Shown: piece by piece, positions 27,443 through 38,109 of the stretch | How positions within the stretch are numbered: the first letter of the stretch is position 1 | Layout of the letters: each line of letters opens with the position of its first letter | NCBI GenBank assembly: GCA_963422375.2 | Contig: OY729427.2 | Span: forward strand, 1-64,000 | Length of the DNA stretch: 64,000 nt | Direction: 5' to 3' | Source: Bryobacterales bacterium | Lineage (GTDB): Bacteria; Acidobacteriota; Terriglobia; Bryobacterales; UBA6623 | Translations under genes and position numbers: made by a program | The notes under the pieces: generated by a model | Told to the model about the DNA's origin: nothing | Database searches by the model: none | What the model saw: the letters and a program-made list of their open reading frames with translations, nothing else

Positions 27443-29533
27443 ATGGACAGAACGCAGGCTGAGCGGCTCTTGCACGCGGCCGTCGGCAGGTCGGACGCAA
27501 CGTTCCGGGACGGCCAGTGGGAGGCGATCGACGCGCTCGCCAACGACCGGGCCAGGCTGTTGGTCGTGGAACGGACCGGCTGGGGCAAGAGCTCGGTCTA
27601 CTTCATCGCCACGCGGATCCTGCGCGATCAAGGCTCGGGCCCCACGCTGATCGTGTCGCCCCTGCTGGCGCTGATGCGCAACCAGATCGACGCGGCCGAG
27701 CGCCTGCGCATCCGTGCAGCCACGATCAATTCCTCGAACAGGGACGCGTGGGACTCCGTCAAGCAGCGCATCCTCGCCGACCGGGTGGACGCACTGCTGA
27801 TCTCCCCGGAGCGCCTTTCCAACGAGTCCTTCGTCGAGACGGTCCTGATGCCGATCGCCGGCCGCATCGGCCTGCTGGTGGTCGACGAAGTCCACTGCAT
27901 CTCCGACTGGGGCCACGACTTCCGCCCCGACTACCAGCGGCTGATCAACGTGTTGCGGCAGCTGCCGCCGAACCTGCCGGTGCTCGGCACGACCGCCACG
28001 GCCAGCAACCGGGTAATTGCCGACGTCAGCCGCCAGCTCGGGGACATCCGGGTCCAGAGAGGGCCGCTCGTCCGGGACAGCCTGTCGCTCCAGACGCTGA
28101 GCCTTCCGGGCCAGGCCTCGCGCCTGGCGTGGCTCGCCCAGCGCGTACCGGAGTTGCCCGGCACCGGCATCGTCTACACCCTCACGACCAGCGACGCGAG
28201 GCAGGTGGCCGGCTGGCTGTCCCAGCAGGGGATCGACGCGAAGGCCTACTACTCGAACGTCGAGGGCGAGGGCTTCGAGGACAGCAGCACTTACCGCCAG
28301 CACCTCGAGGACCAGCTTCTCGGCAACGAGCTCAAGGCCCTCGTCGCCACGACCGCGCTCGGCATGGGCTACGACAAGCCCGACGTCGGCTTCGTGATTC
28401 ACTACCAGGTTCCCGGATCCATCGTCGGGTACTACCAGCAGGTCGGCCGGGCCGGCCGCGCCGTCGACCGGGCGTTCGGCGTGCTGCTGTCGGGGAGGGA
28501 GGACGGGCAGATCGTCGAGCACTTCCGGACCACGGCGTTCCCGCCGGAAGCGGACGTGGAAAAGATCCTCGGCGCTCTCGAGGACAGCGACGGCCTGTCG
28601 GTCCGGGAGCTGCAGGCGCAGGTGAACCTCCGCCAGGGCCAGGTCCAGAAGGTCCTCAAGATCCTCAGCGTCGAGAGCCCCGCCCCGGTCCTCAAGCGCA
28701 AGACCAAGTGGCAGCGCACGCCGGTGCGCTACGCGATGGACACGGAGCGGATCCGGCGCCTGACCGGCCAGCGAGAGCTGGAGTGGCGGGAAATCCAGGA
28801 CTACGTGCGCACGGACGGTTGCCTGATGGCGTACCTGCGACGCGCCCTGGACGACCCGGAGTCGCCGGACTGCGGCCGCTGCGCCAACTGCCTGGGCCGG
28901 CCTGTCGTCGACGCGACGGTCGACCGGGGACTGACCGCCAGCGCGGCGCGCTTCCTGCGACGGGCCGAGCGCGCGTTCTCGCCCAACAAGCAGGTCCACC
29001 AAGACGCGTTCCCGCAGTACGGCTTCCGGGGAAACCTGCGCCCGGAAGTCCGCTCGTCGGACGGCCGGACGCTCTCGGCATGGAAGGACGCCGGATGGGG
29101 CGCCATGGTAGCCAAGCACAGGCTGGCCGGCCGCTACGGCGACGAGCTCGTCGCGGCAACGGCCGAGATGATTCGCGAGCGCTGGAGACCGAGCCCGAAG
29201 CCGGAGTGGGTGACCTGCGTGCCTTCGCTGAGGAATCCCGATCTCGTCCCGGATTTCGCGAAGCGCCTCGCCGGGCGCATCGGGCTCCCGTTCCGGGCCG
29301 CCGTCCGCAAGATCGCGGACAACGAGCCCCAGCGGGAGCAGCGCAACAGCTTCCACCAATGCCGGAACCTCGACGGCGCGTTCGGGATCTCGGACCGGAT
29401 CAGGGCGACGCCTGTTCTGCTGGTCGACGACTTGGTCGGCTCCGGCTGGACCCTCACTATCGTGGCCGCCCTGCTGAGGCGGGCGGGCAGCGGGCCGGTG
29501 CATCCTGTGGCGCTTGCCTCGATCGTCAGATAG
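27443..29533 (+). CDS. RecQ-like helicase with C-terminal phosphoribosyltransferase domain (RqlH-like)
   Basis: RTGWGKS, DEVHCISDWGHDFRPDY, ALGMGYDKPD, YQQVGRAGR, CGRCANC Zn site, PRTase loop VLLVDDLVGSGWT. Confidence 0.9.
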   Translation: MDRTQAERLLHAAVGRSDATFRDGQWEAIDALANDRARLLVVERTGWGKSSVYFIATRILRDQGSGPTLIVSPLLALMRNQIDAAERLRIRAATINSSNRDAWDSVKQRILADRVDALLISPERLSNESFVETVLMPIAGRIGLLVVDEVHCISDWGHDFRPDYQRLINVLRQLPPNLPVLGTTATASNRVIADVSRQLGDIRVQRGPLVRDSLSLQTLSLPGQASRLAWLAQRVPELPGTGIVYTLTTSDARQVAGWLSQQGIDAKAYYSNVEGEGFEDSSTYRQHLEDQLLGNELKALVATTALGMGYDKPDVGFVIHYQVPGSIVGYYQQVGRAGRAVDRAFGVLLSGREDGQIVEHFRTTAFPPEADVEKILGALEDSDGLSVRELQAQVNLRQGQVQKVLKILSVESPAPVLKRKTKWQRTPVRYAMDTERIRRLTGQRELEWREIQDYVRTDGCLMAYLRRALDDPESPDCGRCANCLGRPVVDATVDRGLTASAARFLRRAERAFSPNKQVHQDAFPQYGFRGNLRPEVRSSDGRTLSAWKDAGWGAMVAKHRLAGRYGDELVAATAEMIRERWRPSPKPEWVTCVPSLRNPDLVPDFAKRLAGRIGLPFRAAVRKIADNEPQREQRNSFHQCRNLDGAFGISDRIRATPVLLVDDLVGSGWTLTIVAALLRRAGSGPVHPVALASIVR

Positions 29534-29538
29534 GCCGC

Positions 29539-30507
29539 ATGACCGTCTCGGAGGGCACGCAGGCCATCCTGCTGCTGACGGCGCGCTTCGCGGACTGGCG
29601 GGGCGACAGCCCCGACCCGCTGACTCCCGCCGAGTGGGGCCGATTCGCGGCGTGGCTCAAGGTCCGCCGGTTGCAGCCGGCCGACCTGCTGGGCGGGCCC
29701 CCGTCCGACCTGTTGGAGGGCTGGTCCGACAGCCGGGTCACGATCCCCAGGGTTGAGCGGCTGCTGGCGCGCGGTCCGGCGCTGGCGCTCGCGATGGACC
29801 GGTGGCTCGGCTCCGGCCTGTGGGTGATGACGCGGGCCGACCCCGCTTACCCCAGCCGTCTCAAGACGCGCCTCGGACGGAATTCCCCGCCCGTCCTATT
29901 CGGCTGCGGGAACCGGGAATTGCCGGACGCCGGGGGGATCGCGGTCGTGGGATCGCCCGACGCGCCTCCGGCAGACCGCGCCTACTCGCGGGAGGTGGGA
30001 GTCGGCGCCGCACGGCAGGGGCATGCCGTCATCTCGGGAGGAGCGCGGGGCGTCGACGAGGCCGCGATGCTAGGCGCGCTGGAGTCCGGGGGCACCGCAG
30101 TGGGAGTCGTGGCGAACGGGCTTCTGGGACGGTGCTCCAGCGCGAGCTACCGCCGGCACCTCATCGCGGGCGACCTGGCGCTCGTGTCGGCTACCCATCC
30201 GGAGGCGCGACTCCTTGCTTCCAACGCGTTGCAGCGGAACCACTACATCTACTGCCTCGCGGACGCGGCGGTCGCGGTTCGCTCGGCAACCGCGGGCGGG
30301 ACGTGGAACAGCGCAGTCGAGAACCTTAGGAGGGGCTGGGTCCCCCTGTGGGTCAAGCCGACGGAGGACGCGGCGCCGGGCAACGCCGCGCTGGCCGGCC
30401 TGGGAGCGAGGTGGGCGCCGCTCCAAGCCGCCGACATCCGCATGGAGGAGCTGTGCGAGCGGGCCGCGCTCCCGCATACGCCCACCCTGTTTCCCGAGCT
30501 GGCATAG
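29539..30507 (+). CDS. DprA/Smf-like protein (RqlI-like)
   Basis: YPSRLK...PPVLFGCG, AVVGS, ISGGARGVD, QRNHYIYCLA, GGTW; starts 5 bp after the helicase stop. Confidence 0.88.
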   Translation: MTVSEGTQAILLLTARFADWRGDSPDPLTPAEWGRFAAWLKVRRLQPADLLGGPPSDLLEGWSDSRVTIPRVERLLARGPALALAMDRWLGSGLWVMTRADPAYPSRLKTRLGRNSPPVLFGCGNRELPDAGGIAVVGSPDAPPADRAYSREVGVGAARQGHAVISGGARGVDEAAMLGALESGGTAVGVVANGLLGRCSSASYRRHLIAGDLALVSATHPEARLLASNALQRNHYIYCLADAAVAVRSATAGGTWNSAVENLRRGWVPLWVKPTEDAAPGNAALAGLGARWAPLQAADIRMEELCERAALPHTPTLFPELA

Positions 30508-30573
30508 CCGGATCGAAGGCGGGCCAACCCCGCTCGGCACGCAAAGATTTCTGGCTCGCGCCGGAAAGGCCGT

Positions 30574-32753
30574 TCATTCGTTCCGGCGCGTGACGGTAAC
30601 GGTCAGCCAGCGTCGGGCGCTCAGTCCGGTGGCATCCCTCGCGACGACCGAGAGCACGTGGTTCCTCGGCCCCTCCCCGAGGCCTTCTCCGTTCCCGACA
30701 TAGGTGAGCCGGCCGGTCGCGGAGTCGATCTCGAATCGTTCCGAGGCGGGCCCGGAGATCGCGTAGGCGACCGGTCCGGCCCTTTCGGGATCGCTGGCCG
30801 CTACGATACCAATCGCGAGCGGGCCCGGCCGGTCCTCCGGCAGTTCGAACGCCAGGCGCTCGCTCGGGAACGCCGCGGGCTCGTTCACATCGGCTACTTC
30901 CACGGTCACCGTGGCATCGTAGGCGGGGCTGCCGCCGCCCCCGGCCGTCACCGCCAAGTCGTACTGGCGGGGTCCGCCTTCCCGGTCCTCGCCGGCGCCG
31001 ATATAGGCGAGCACTCCTTCGACCGGGTCGATCGCGAACCTCTCAAGCGCGGCGCCCGATCCCGAAATGGCGTAAGCGGGCCGTACCTCGGCGCCGGGAG
31101 CGACCGCGCGCACCCGTCCGATCGGCACGGGCCGGAACGCGCCGGAGACGTTTTCCCTGATGATGAATTCGTAGGTGTCCCTGCCTGCCGCGGGCGTGCC
31201 GACAAGCAGCCGGATCGTGCCGTCGCGCTTGTTGAGCAGGAAGACCCGGCCATTCGGCCCGAGGCCGAAGCGCAGATCGGCTCGCGTGGACGGCCGCCGC
31301 CCCTGCTGCAGGTTCTTCTCCCTGATCAGCTGGAGCAGCGTCTTGCGCTCCCCACCGTGGTTGAAGAGGACGCGGCGCAAGGAGCCCTGGCCGCCGCTCG
31401 GGAGGTCGTCCGCGGCCACGTGGAACACCTCGCCGCTCGGGAAGTCGCCCAGCAGCATCCTGTTCTCGAGCTGCGGAATCGCGTCCCCGCGATAGACCAC
31501 AACGCCCGTGACGGCGACCCCTCCGGCCAGCAGCGCGTCTCCATGGTCGTATTCGACGACCGGGTAGGTGACATCGAACCCCTCGCGCTGGCCTTCCAAG
31601 CTGATGGATCGCGAGAAGCCGCCGCGGTTGTAGCGGAAGCTGCCCTCCCAGTCGTTCCATCCCAGATTCGCGCCTGCCGTGACTGGGCTGATCTCCTCGA
31701 CGAGGTTCTGGCCGATGTCCGCCACGAACATGTCGCCATATCGCGGATCCCATCCGAAGCGCTGAGGGTTGCGCACTCCGTACGCGAAGGTCTCCGCCAG
31801 CATCGCCGGGTCCGCGGCGCCGGCGAAGGGATTGTCGGCCGGAATGCCGTACTGACCGTTGACGCTGTTTGTGCCGAGGGGGTCGATGCGCAGGATCTTG
31901 CCGAAGATCGAGCCGAGATCCTGCGCGAGGTCGAACGGATCCCCGCCCGATCCGCCATCGGCCGAGCCGACGTAGAGCATCCCGAAATCGTAGTCGCACT
32001 CCAGCGCGAGCGGGTTGAAGCCGAGCTGGCCGCCGTTGTGGTTCGAAAATGGCTGGCGGACGCGCAGGAGCTCGCGCGGCGGGCCCCCGTCGTAGGCCGC
32101 GGCCGAGGGATCGATCGCGGTCCACTCCAGCAGGATCGTGTCGTGGCCGCCCCTGCCGCCGCGGACCTCGAAGTCGGGCGGCGACGCGGTGCCGCTCGTG
32201 TCCGTGTAGGTGTAGAGCCTTCCGAACCCGGGAGCCCCGCGCAGGCCGAAATGGGGATGGAAGGCGAAGCTCTGGAATCCCTTCTCCCCCCGAGAAGCGT
32301 CGACCGCAAGCGCCCAGCGCGGGTCGGCTAGATCGAGTACCGCCGCACCGTGCCGCCGTCGTAGCTGACGCTGTAGAGGGGCCCGTACATGTCGTTCACG
32401 AACAGCCGCCCGGTCAGGGGCTCGTCAACCAAGCGCATCATGCGCGCGGGCCGTCCGTTGGAATCGGGTAGTGTCGCGAACTCGGCTACGTCGACCGCGA
32501 TCACGCCCTCGGCCGGCGGGATGGGGTCGGGAAACGGGTCGGCAGCCGTCGGCGCGCGCCCGGTCTGCGCGGGCGCAGCGGCCGCGAGACACAGCACGGC
32601 GGTCAGGCAGGGAAGGGGCCGGGCGGGCCTCCGCGGAGCCTGCCGGGAGAGCGCCGCCGCCGATGCCCGTAGCGGCCCGTTCGGGGATCCGCGGAAGCGC
32701 GGATGCAGCCCGCCCGCGCGGGCACCGTCGCCGAAGGTACGCATGGCAGCCAA
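30574..32753 (-). pseudogene. PQQ-dependent glucose/sorbosone dehydrogenase fused to two cadherin-like domains; 1-nt frameshift at ~32335
   Basis: HNGG, GKILRIDP, YGVRNPQRF, DIGQ motifs; FAIDP..G and VEVADVNE cadherin motifs; TAC-TCG-ATC-TAG where YLDLAD is expected. Confidence 0.8.
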
Positions 32754-32824
32754 GCCGGCCCAGACCTCTTGCTCGGCCGGGAGAGGCCGCCGGGGAGACC
32801 GGAGGGCCTCCCCGGCGCCGTCGC

Positions 32825-35800
32825 TCAGAAGCCGATCCGCAGGCCCAGCCGGAACACGCGGTGGTCGTTGCCGTCGCGGCCCGTGTTGGCCATGCTCGTC
32901 ACTACACCGAACCCGCTGCTCGCGATGCTCGAATTCGGATTGCGGAAGTGCGGCGTGTTGGAGACGTTGAACGCCTCCGCCCGGAACTGCACGCTGACCT
33001 TTTCCGTCGGCTGGAACTTGCGGAAGATGCCCATGTCCACGTTGATCAGGCCGGGACCGCGCAGGACGTTGGCGCCGCAGTTTCCGAATCTAGGCGAGCC
33101 GCCCGTGTCCGCTGGGTCGGCGAAGGTGGACAGGTCCCACCAGCCGTCGGGATCGCCCAGCTTCCGCGGGGCCGAGAGGCAGTCCGCAAGCTGCCCGGAC
33201 GCGGCGGCGTTGACCGATCCCGACGGGGCCGTGGGAGTCGAGGGTCGCCCCGTGTAGAACGACGCCAGGGCGTTGACCTGCCAGCCGCCGAGCAAGGCCC
33301 CGGCCGCTCCGCCCTGCGCGAATCTCTTGCCGCGCCCGAAGGGCAGCTCGTAGGTGTTGGAAATCACGAGGTTGTGCCGGATGTCGTTGTTGAGCGGGCC
33401 ACGGTTCCGCGAGTAGTAGGCCGGGTGCCGGATGCGCGGCTGGGCGGTGGACGACTCCGACGTGTAGCCGCGTCCGTGGCCCCACGTGTACGCCAGGTTG
33501 AAATGGTGCCCCGACCTGCTCCGGCGCACAAGCTTGACTTGCAGGGAATCGTACATGGGGGTGCCGATCGTGCCCCAGAAGAGCGTCGAGGCCGTCCGCT
33601 TGTAGAGCTTGCGCAGCCGGCGCCCGGCGTTGCCTTCGCCGATCTCGCCCCAGTTCGCCTCGATGCGCGAGCTCTGCCGCGTCGAGCGCGTCGCCACGTA
33701 GGAGGCCGTGCCGATCCACTCTCCCCACTGCTTCTCCAGCGTGAAGTTCCACGACTGGATGTAGCCGCGCTGGAAGTTCTCGTCCGCCGTAGCCACGTTC
33801 GCGCGCAGCGGCATCTGGATGCGCTCGTCGGTCGGGATCGGCGGGATGGCGGGGAAGCCCTGGTCTAGCGTGGTTGCGAAGGAGAAGGAATTCGGAGACG
33901 GCAGCAGCTGCGAGAACTGCGTCGGCAGGTTTCCCCGCAGGTCCCGGCCCAGGTTGAACGGGTTGTAGGTCAGGCCGTAGCCGGTGCGCACCACGAGCGT
34001 GTCCGTCGCGCGCCAAGCGATGCCGACGCGCGGCGCGAACTGCGTCTTGCTCTGCGGCAGGCCGCAGTTCCGCGGGACGGAACCGAGCCCGCACACCAGC
34101 ATGATGTTCTCGTCGATGTCGAACCGCTCCAAGCCCCGGTTCGGCCGCACCGGGAAGGGAAAGTATTCCCACCGCGTGCCGTAGGTCAGGGTCAGGTCCG
34201 GCCGCACCTGCCAGCGGTCGCGCACATAGGCGGCGTACTGGTTGGAGCGCGTCTGCAGGTTCTTGCCGTTGAGGAAGTTGCGCGCCGCGTCGCGAGGCAG
34301 GCCGAGCATGAACGCCGCGATCGGGTTGTAGTCGTTCGCCTTGGACCCCGGCCGCCCGGTGGTGTTCGAGCGGAACCGGAAGCCGCCCGCCGGCGCGTCA
34401 CCGCCGGGGAAGTTGGCCACTTCCTGGTTGATCTGGGTTTGGAAGGTGTCGATGCCGAACCGCACTTCGTGATCGCCCTTGGTCCAGTTGCCGTTGGCCA
34501 CGAACTGGTGCAGGTAGTCGTGACCGATGAACGGCGACGTGGCTTGGTAGCCCAGGTTGCCGTAGCCCGCGTCGAAGCGCATGCGAGGCATCCCGCCGTA
34601 GAAGGAGCCCGCCTCGCCCGGAACGCCGTCCCCATTGGTGCCGGGAATGCCGAGCACGTCCAGCCCGATGCGCTGTTCCAGATTGCCCGCGAAGGCGTTG
34701 CTGTCGACCAACGTGGAACCGAAGTACGCGTCGAACACGAGGCTCGGGCTGGCCACGTACGTGGCCGAGAGAGTGCCGCTGTAGGTCGGCCCGAATCCGT
34801 TGTCGGTGCGGAAGTTCGTGGGATGCACCGAAATGCCCGACAGATTGCCGAACGCCGCCGGGTTCCATTGCTTGTAGTGGAAGAGACTCAGGCGGGCGAA
34901 CATGGTCCACTTGTCCGACAGGTTGAAGCTCGTCTTGCTGTCGATTTGGTGGCGCGTGAACATGTAGGTGATGCCGGCCAGCTTGTTGCGATTCAGGCCC
35001 AGCGCGCCCACGCCGGGCCGGTCGGGCAGGCTCCAATCGGGATCGTCGGCTAGGATCCGGCTCGCCCGCGCGATCCGCGAATCCGGGATCGTGTTGTCGG
35101 GGAACTGCGTGCGGCTCGCTTCGTCTCCGACCGCCGCCGACAGCGGGTCGAAGACCGGCAGGGGCGACGCCGAGAAATCGCCGGCACGCATCGACGCAGT
35201 CGGGACCTTGATGAAGCGAGTGGCGTTGGAGTTCTCCGAAGTGCGCTCGTAGCTCACGAAGTAGAAGGCCCTGTTCTTCTTGATCGGCCCTCCGATCGTG
35301 CCCCCGGCTTGGTTGTAGATGAATTTCGGCTTGGCGGCGTCGCGGTCGCTGAAGTACGGGTACGCCTGCAAGTGCTGGTTGTTGTGGTACCAGAAAGCCG
35401 AGCCGTGAGTCTCGTTGGTGCCGCTCTTGATCTGCAGGTTGATCGCCGCGCCCCCGGCCAGGCCCTGCTCGGCGTCGAAGGAACCGGTGACGACGTTGAC
35501 GACCTCGATCGACTCCAAGGCCGGGTTGATGCCCGTCATGTGGGTCAGGTTCGGGTTGTAGCTCGACGCGCCGTCGATGCGCACGTTGTTGTTGTTGTCG
35601 GCGGTGCCGTTGACCGTGTAGCGCACGGCCCGGGTCGGATTGGCCGGCACGGAGTGCGCGTTGGCCGGGGGCGAGAATCCCGGAAGCGTCTGGAGGAGCA
35701 TCTGATAGTTGCGCCCGAGCGGAACGGGCACGTTCTGCAGCTCCTGCGAGCCGACCTCGCCGCGCACCTCGGCCCGGTCCGTCTGCAGCCGCGCCGCGGT

Positions 35801-36187
35801 CGCGCTGACCTCGATGACTTCGGTCACCTCGCCGATCTGCAGGTCGACGTCGACGCGCGTGACGTCGTTGACGCCCACCGCGACGCCGGTCGTCGAATAG
35901 GTGCTAAAGCCGTCCGACTGGACCTCGATGCGGTACGTGCCCGTCGCGACGGTCGAGAAGCTGTAGGCGCCCGAGGCGTTGGCTCCGCCGATCCGAGTGG
36001 CCCCGGTTCCCTCGTTGGTGATCGTCACCCGGGCCCCGGGAATCACCGCCCCGGTGCCGTCCGACACGTTGCCGACGATGCTGCCGTAGAGAATCTGGGC
36101 GCTCGGGCGCTCCGCTCCGAAACCCGCGACCAGCGCGAGAGCTGCGACCACGACTAGGCCGCGCTTCAATCCGTTCTTGGCTTGCAT
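32825..36187 (-). CDS. TonB-dependent receptor with carboxypeptidase-regulatory-like N-domain (acidobacterial type)
   Basis: GSIVGNVSDGTGAVIPGA, KSGTNETHG, NQAGGTIGGPI, QFRAEAFN, C-terminal LRIGF. Confidence 0.92.
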   Translation of the reverse strand: MQAKNGLKRGLVVVAALALVAGFGAERPSAQILYGSIVGNVSDGTGAVIPGARVTITNEGTGATRIGGANASGAYSFSTVATGTYRIEVQSDGFSTYSTTGVAVGVNDVTRVDVDLQIGEVTEVIEVSATAARLQTDRAEVRGEVGSQELQNVPVPLGRNYQMLLQTLPGFSPPANAHSVPANPTRAVRYTVNGTADNNNNVRIDGASSYNPNLTHMTGINPALESIEVVNVVTGSFDAEQGLAGGAAINLQIKSGTNETHGSAFWYHNNQHLQAYPYFSDRDAAKPKFIYNQAGGTIGGPIKKNRAFYFVSYERTSENSNATRFIKVPTASMRAGDFSASPLPVFDPLSAAVGDEASRTQFPDNTIPDSRIARASRILADDPDWSLPDRPGVGALGLNRNKLAGITYMFTRHQIDSKTSFNLSDKWTMFARLSLFHYKQWNPAAFGNLSGISVHPTNFRTDNGFGPTYSGTLSATYVASPSLVFDAYFGSTLVDSNAFAGNLEQRIGLDVLGIPGTNGDGVPGEAGSFYGGMPRMRFDAGYGNLGYQATSPFIGHDYLHQFVANGNWTKGDHEVRFGIDTFQTQINQEVANFPGGDAPAGGFRFRSNTTGRPGSKANDYNPIAAFMLGLPRDAARNFLNGKNLQTRSNQYAAYVRDRWQVRPDLTLTYGTRWEYFPFPVRPNRGLERFDIDENIMLVCGLGSVPRNCGLPQSKTQFAPRVGIAWRATDTLVVRTGYGLTYNPFNLGRDLRGNLPTQFSQLLPSPNSFSFATTLDQGFPAIPPIPTDERIQMPLRANVATADENFQRGYIQSWNFTLEKQWGEWIGTASYVATRSTRQSSRIEANWGEIGEGNAGRRLRKLYKRTASTLFWGTIGTPMYDSLQVKLVRRSRSGHHFNLAYTWGHGRGYTSESSTAQPRIRHPAYYSRNRGPLNNDIRHNLVISNTYELPFGRGKRFAQGGAAGALLGGWQVNALASFYTGRPSTPTAPSGSVNAAASGQLADCLSAPRKLGDPDGWWDLSTFADPADTGGSPRFGNCGANVLRGPGLINVDMGIFRKFQPTEKVSVQFRAEAFNVSNTPHFRNPNSSIASSGFGVVTSMANTGRDGNDHRVFRLGLRIGF

Positions 36188-36784
36188 ACTGGAAATCCCT
36201 CGTCCGTAGGCGCTGATCGCGCCTCCGACGAGCCCGCCGGGCACAGGAACCCGGGATTGAATCCGACCGCTCCTCCCCTGAATGCCACTGTGCGGGTTCG
36301 CCGGCTGAGAGTGTATCACGGAATGCGGGCGTCCACTGGGTCCGCCGAGCGCGGGTGCCTTGCGACACCGTCTCGTTGCCGGCGACCCGATTGCAGCTAG
36401 CGCGAGCTGCCGCGATTCATCACCAGGGGGAGCCCGGGCGAGGATTCTCAGACTTGGTCAGCGGAGAACCGGGCGCCCGGCCTGCGGCCTACCCGTCGGC
36501 AGCCGTCTGCGAGTATCCAATCCATCATCGCGTCCAATTGATGGGCCCAGAAGATCGTAAGACCCCTTGATTGAGCGTCTGCCAGCTTCGCCAGACCGTA
36601 GACGCCCTCCAGGACGGCGGCCGGGACAACCTGAACGGTTCCGAAGTCGTCCAACCAGGTCGCGCACTTGACGACCGCATCAGTTGTTGAGACGCTTGAT
36701 CGAATTCAGCTTTGAACTGGAAACCCTACATTCGACCGCCATCGTGCGACAGTCCCCGAATCCGATCCCGAAGTCAGCCTTCCG

Positions 36785-36950
36785 CCTTGGAGGCCGGGGC
36801 GATGCAGCGGTTGAGCACCGCCGCCAGCAGATACGTGCCGACCGAGGGCCCGGAGCCGTGCTTGGGCACGTGGCGGTCGATGTGCTCGGCGAGGGGCAGG
36901 CGGCGGGCATGTCAGTGGAGGGCGGCGTAAGCGCCGAACTCGCAGTATCT
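36785..36950 (-). pseudogene. IS1634-like transposase fragment
   Basis: LAEHIDRHVPKHGSGPSVGTYLLAAVLNRCIAPASK with an internal stop. Confidence 0.55.
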
Positions 36951-36954
36951 TCAG

Positions 36955-37522
36955 CTGCTGGCTGACGAAGCGCGGACCGGCACTGTCACCACCGGCACTG
37001 CCGAACGTCACGACGCCGTTGGTGAGGCCCGCCAGCTGCAGGTAGCTCCGCCCGTTCAGGGGCAGGTCCAGGATCTCTCGGTTCGCGACGACATGACCCA
37101 CGTCCGATGTGTCCGTCGCGAGCACCGGGGCGGCCGCGACCACTTCGACCGTCTCAGTCACCTGGCCCACCTCCATCGCCAAGTCGAACCGGGCGGTCTG
37201 GTCGACCTGCAGGACGATTTGGCGTATGGCGTATGTCGACCGGACGGAAGCCGGACGCGGTGGCGCGAATCGAGTACGACCCCGGAAACAGGTTCGTCAA
37301 GGAATACGATCCGAGCTCGCTGGTCGTGCGGGTCTGGGCGACCCCAGTCCCTTCGTTGGTCACCGTCACCTCAACTTCGGGAATGGAAGCTCCGGTGGCA
37401 TCAGTCACGGCCCCGACGATCGAACCGTAGGTGGACTGGGCCGCGGCGACCGGGGCCAAGGCTAACGCCAGCACCCACACCGACAGAGTCCAGCTGATAT
37501 TCGAGTTGCGGAACGTATGCAC
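36955..37522 (-). pseudogene. N-terminal fragment of a TonB-dependent receptor
   Basis: AQSTYGSIVGAVTDATGA...MEVGQVTETVEV...DLPLNGRSYLQLA; frameshifted and truncated. Confidence 0.85.
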
Positions 37523-37599
37523 TGCGGTTGTCCATGCGGCGGCGATTCCGCCCGCCCTAGGGAGCGGCCGCGCCTAACCGTCAAGCCGAAGATCGAGTC

Positions 37600-38090
37600 C
37601 CGGTACATCGCTGCCGAGAGAAAGCTCCCCAGCGGCAGGCCGAACTCCCGAAATCAGGTCGCATCTGCCGCGCCAAGCGGTCGCCCTTCAAGCGCGCCGA
37701 CAGCAGATGGCCGATCGCGCCGCATTGGGATGACTTGGGTCAGCTCCAGCCGCTCGCAGTGCTCTCGCTTGCTGCCATCGTCGGCATCCACGGTGCTGGT
37801 CGAGGCACCTTCCAGTACTCAGTCCTAGACGTTGACTTCCTACCACGCCAAGCACTACCTCCCGTTGCCTCGCATGAGGTCGCGTGCCGCGAACTTGTCC
37901 GGCGAGCTGCTGGCGTTCGCGACCAGTTCCCGGTAGTGAAGCAGCACGTTGCCAGCAACTAGGGCCTCTCCGCGCTCGCGGAAGTACTCCTCTCGAATGG
38001 TGACGGCGGCGCGCATCGCCCGGTCTCGAAGAGCATCGTGCGGCGTCGGCCGACCGACTGATCTCGGGCAATGAATACAGACAGCGGGCA
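37600..38090 (-). pseudogene. Heavily decayed Uma2-family endonuclease
   Basis: Hand translation GRPTPHDALRDRAMR...EYFRERGEALVAGNVLLHY...PD...W*E...D*VLEGASTSTVDAD aligns with the intact Uma2 at 51369-52295. Confidence 0.7.
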
Positions 38091-38109
38091 GTTCCGACTC
38101 GCGCGCCGT

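Noticed and set aside
27517..30507. 996-aa ORF as a single DprA fusion
   Set aside because: The N-terminal two-thirds is an off-frame overlap of the helicase; the real start is the ATG at 29539.
36190..36450. Cobalamin or other riboswitch upstream of the TonB receptor
   Set aside because: Conserved B12-box elements were not found on the coding strand.
36560..36780. Possible IS3/IS481-like integrase remnant
   Set aside because: Too degenerate to support by eye.
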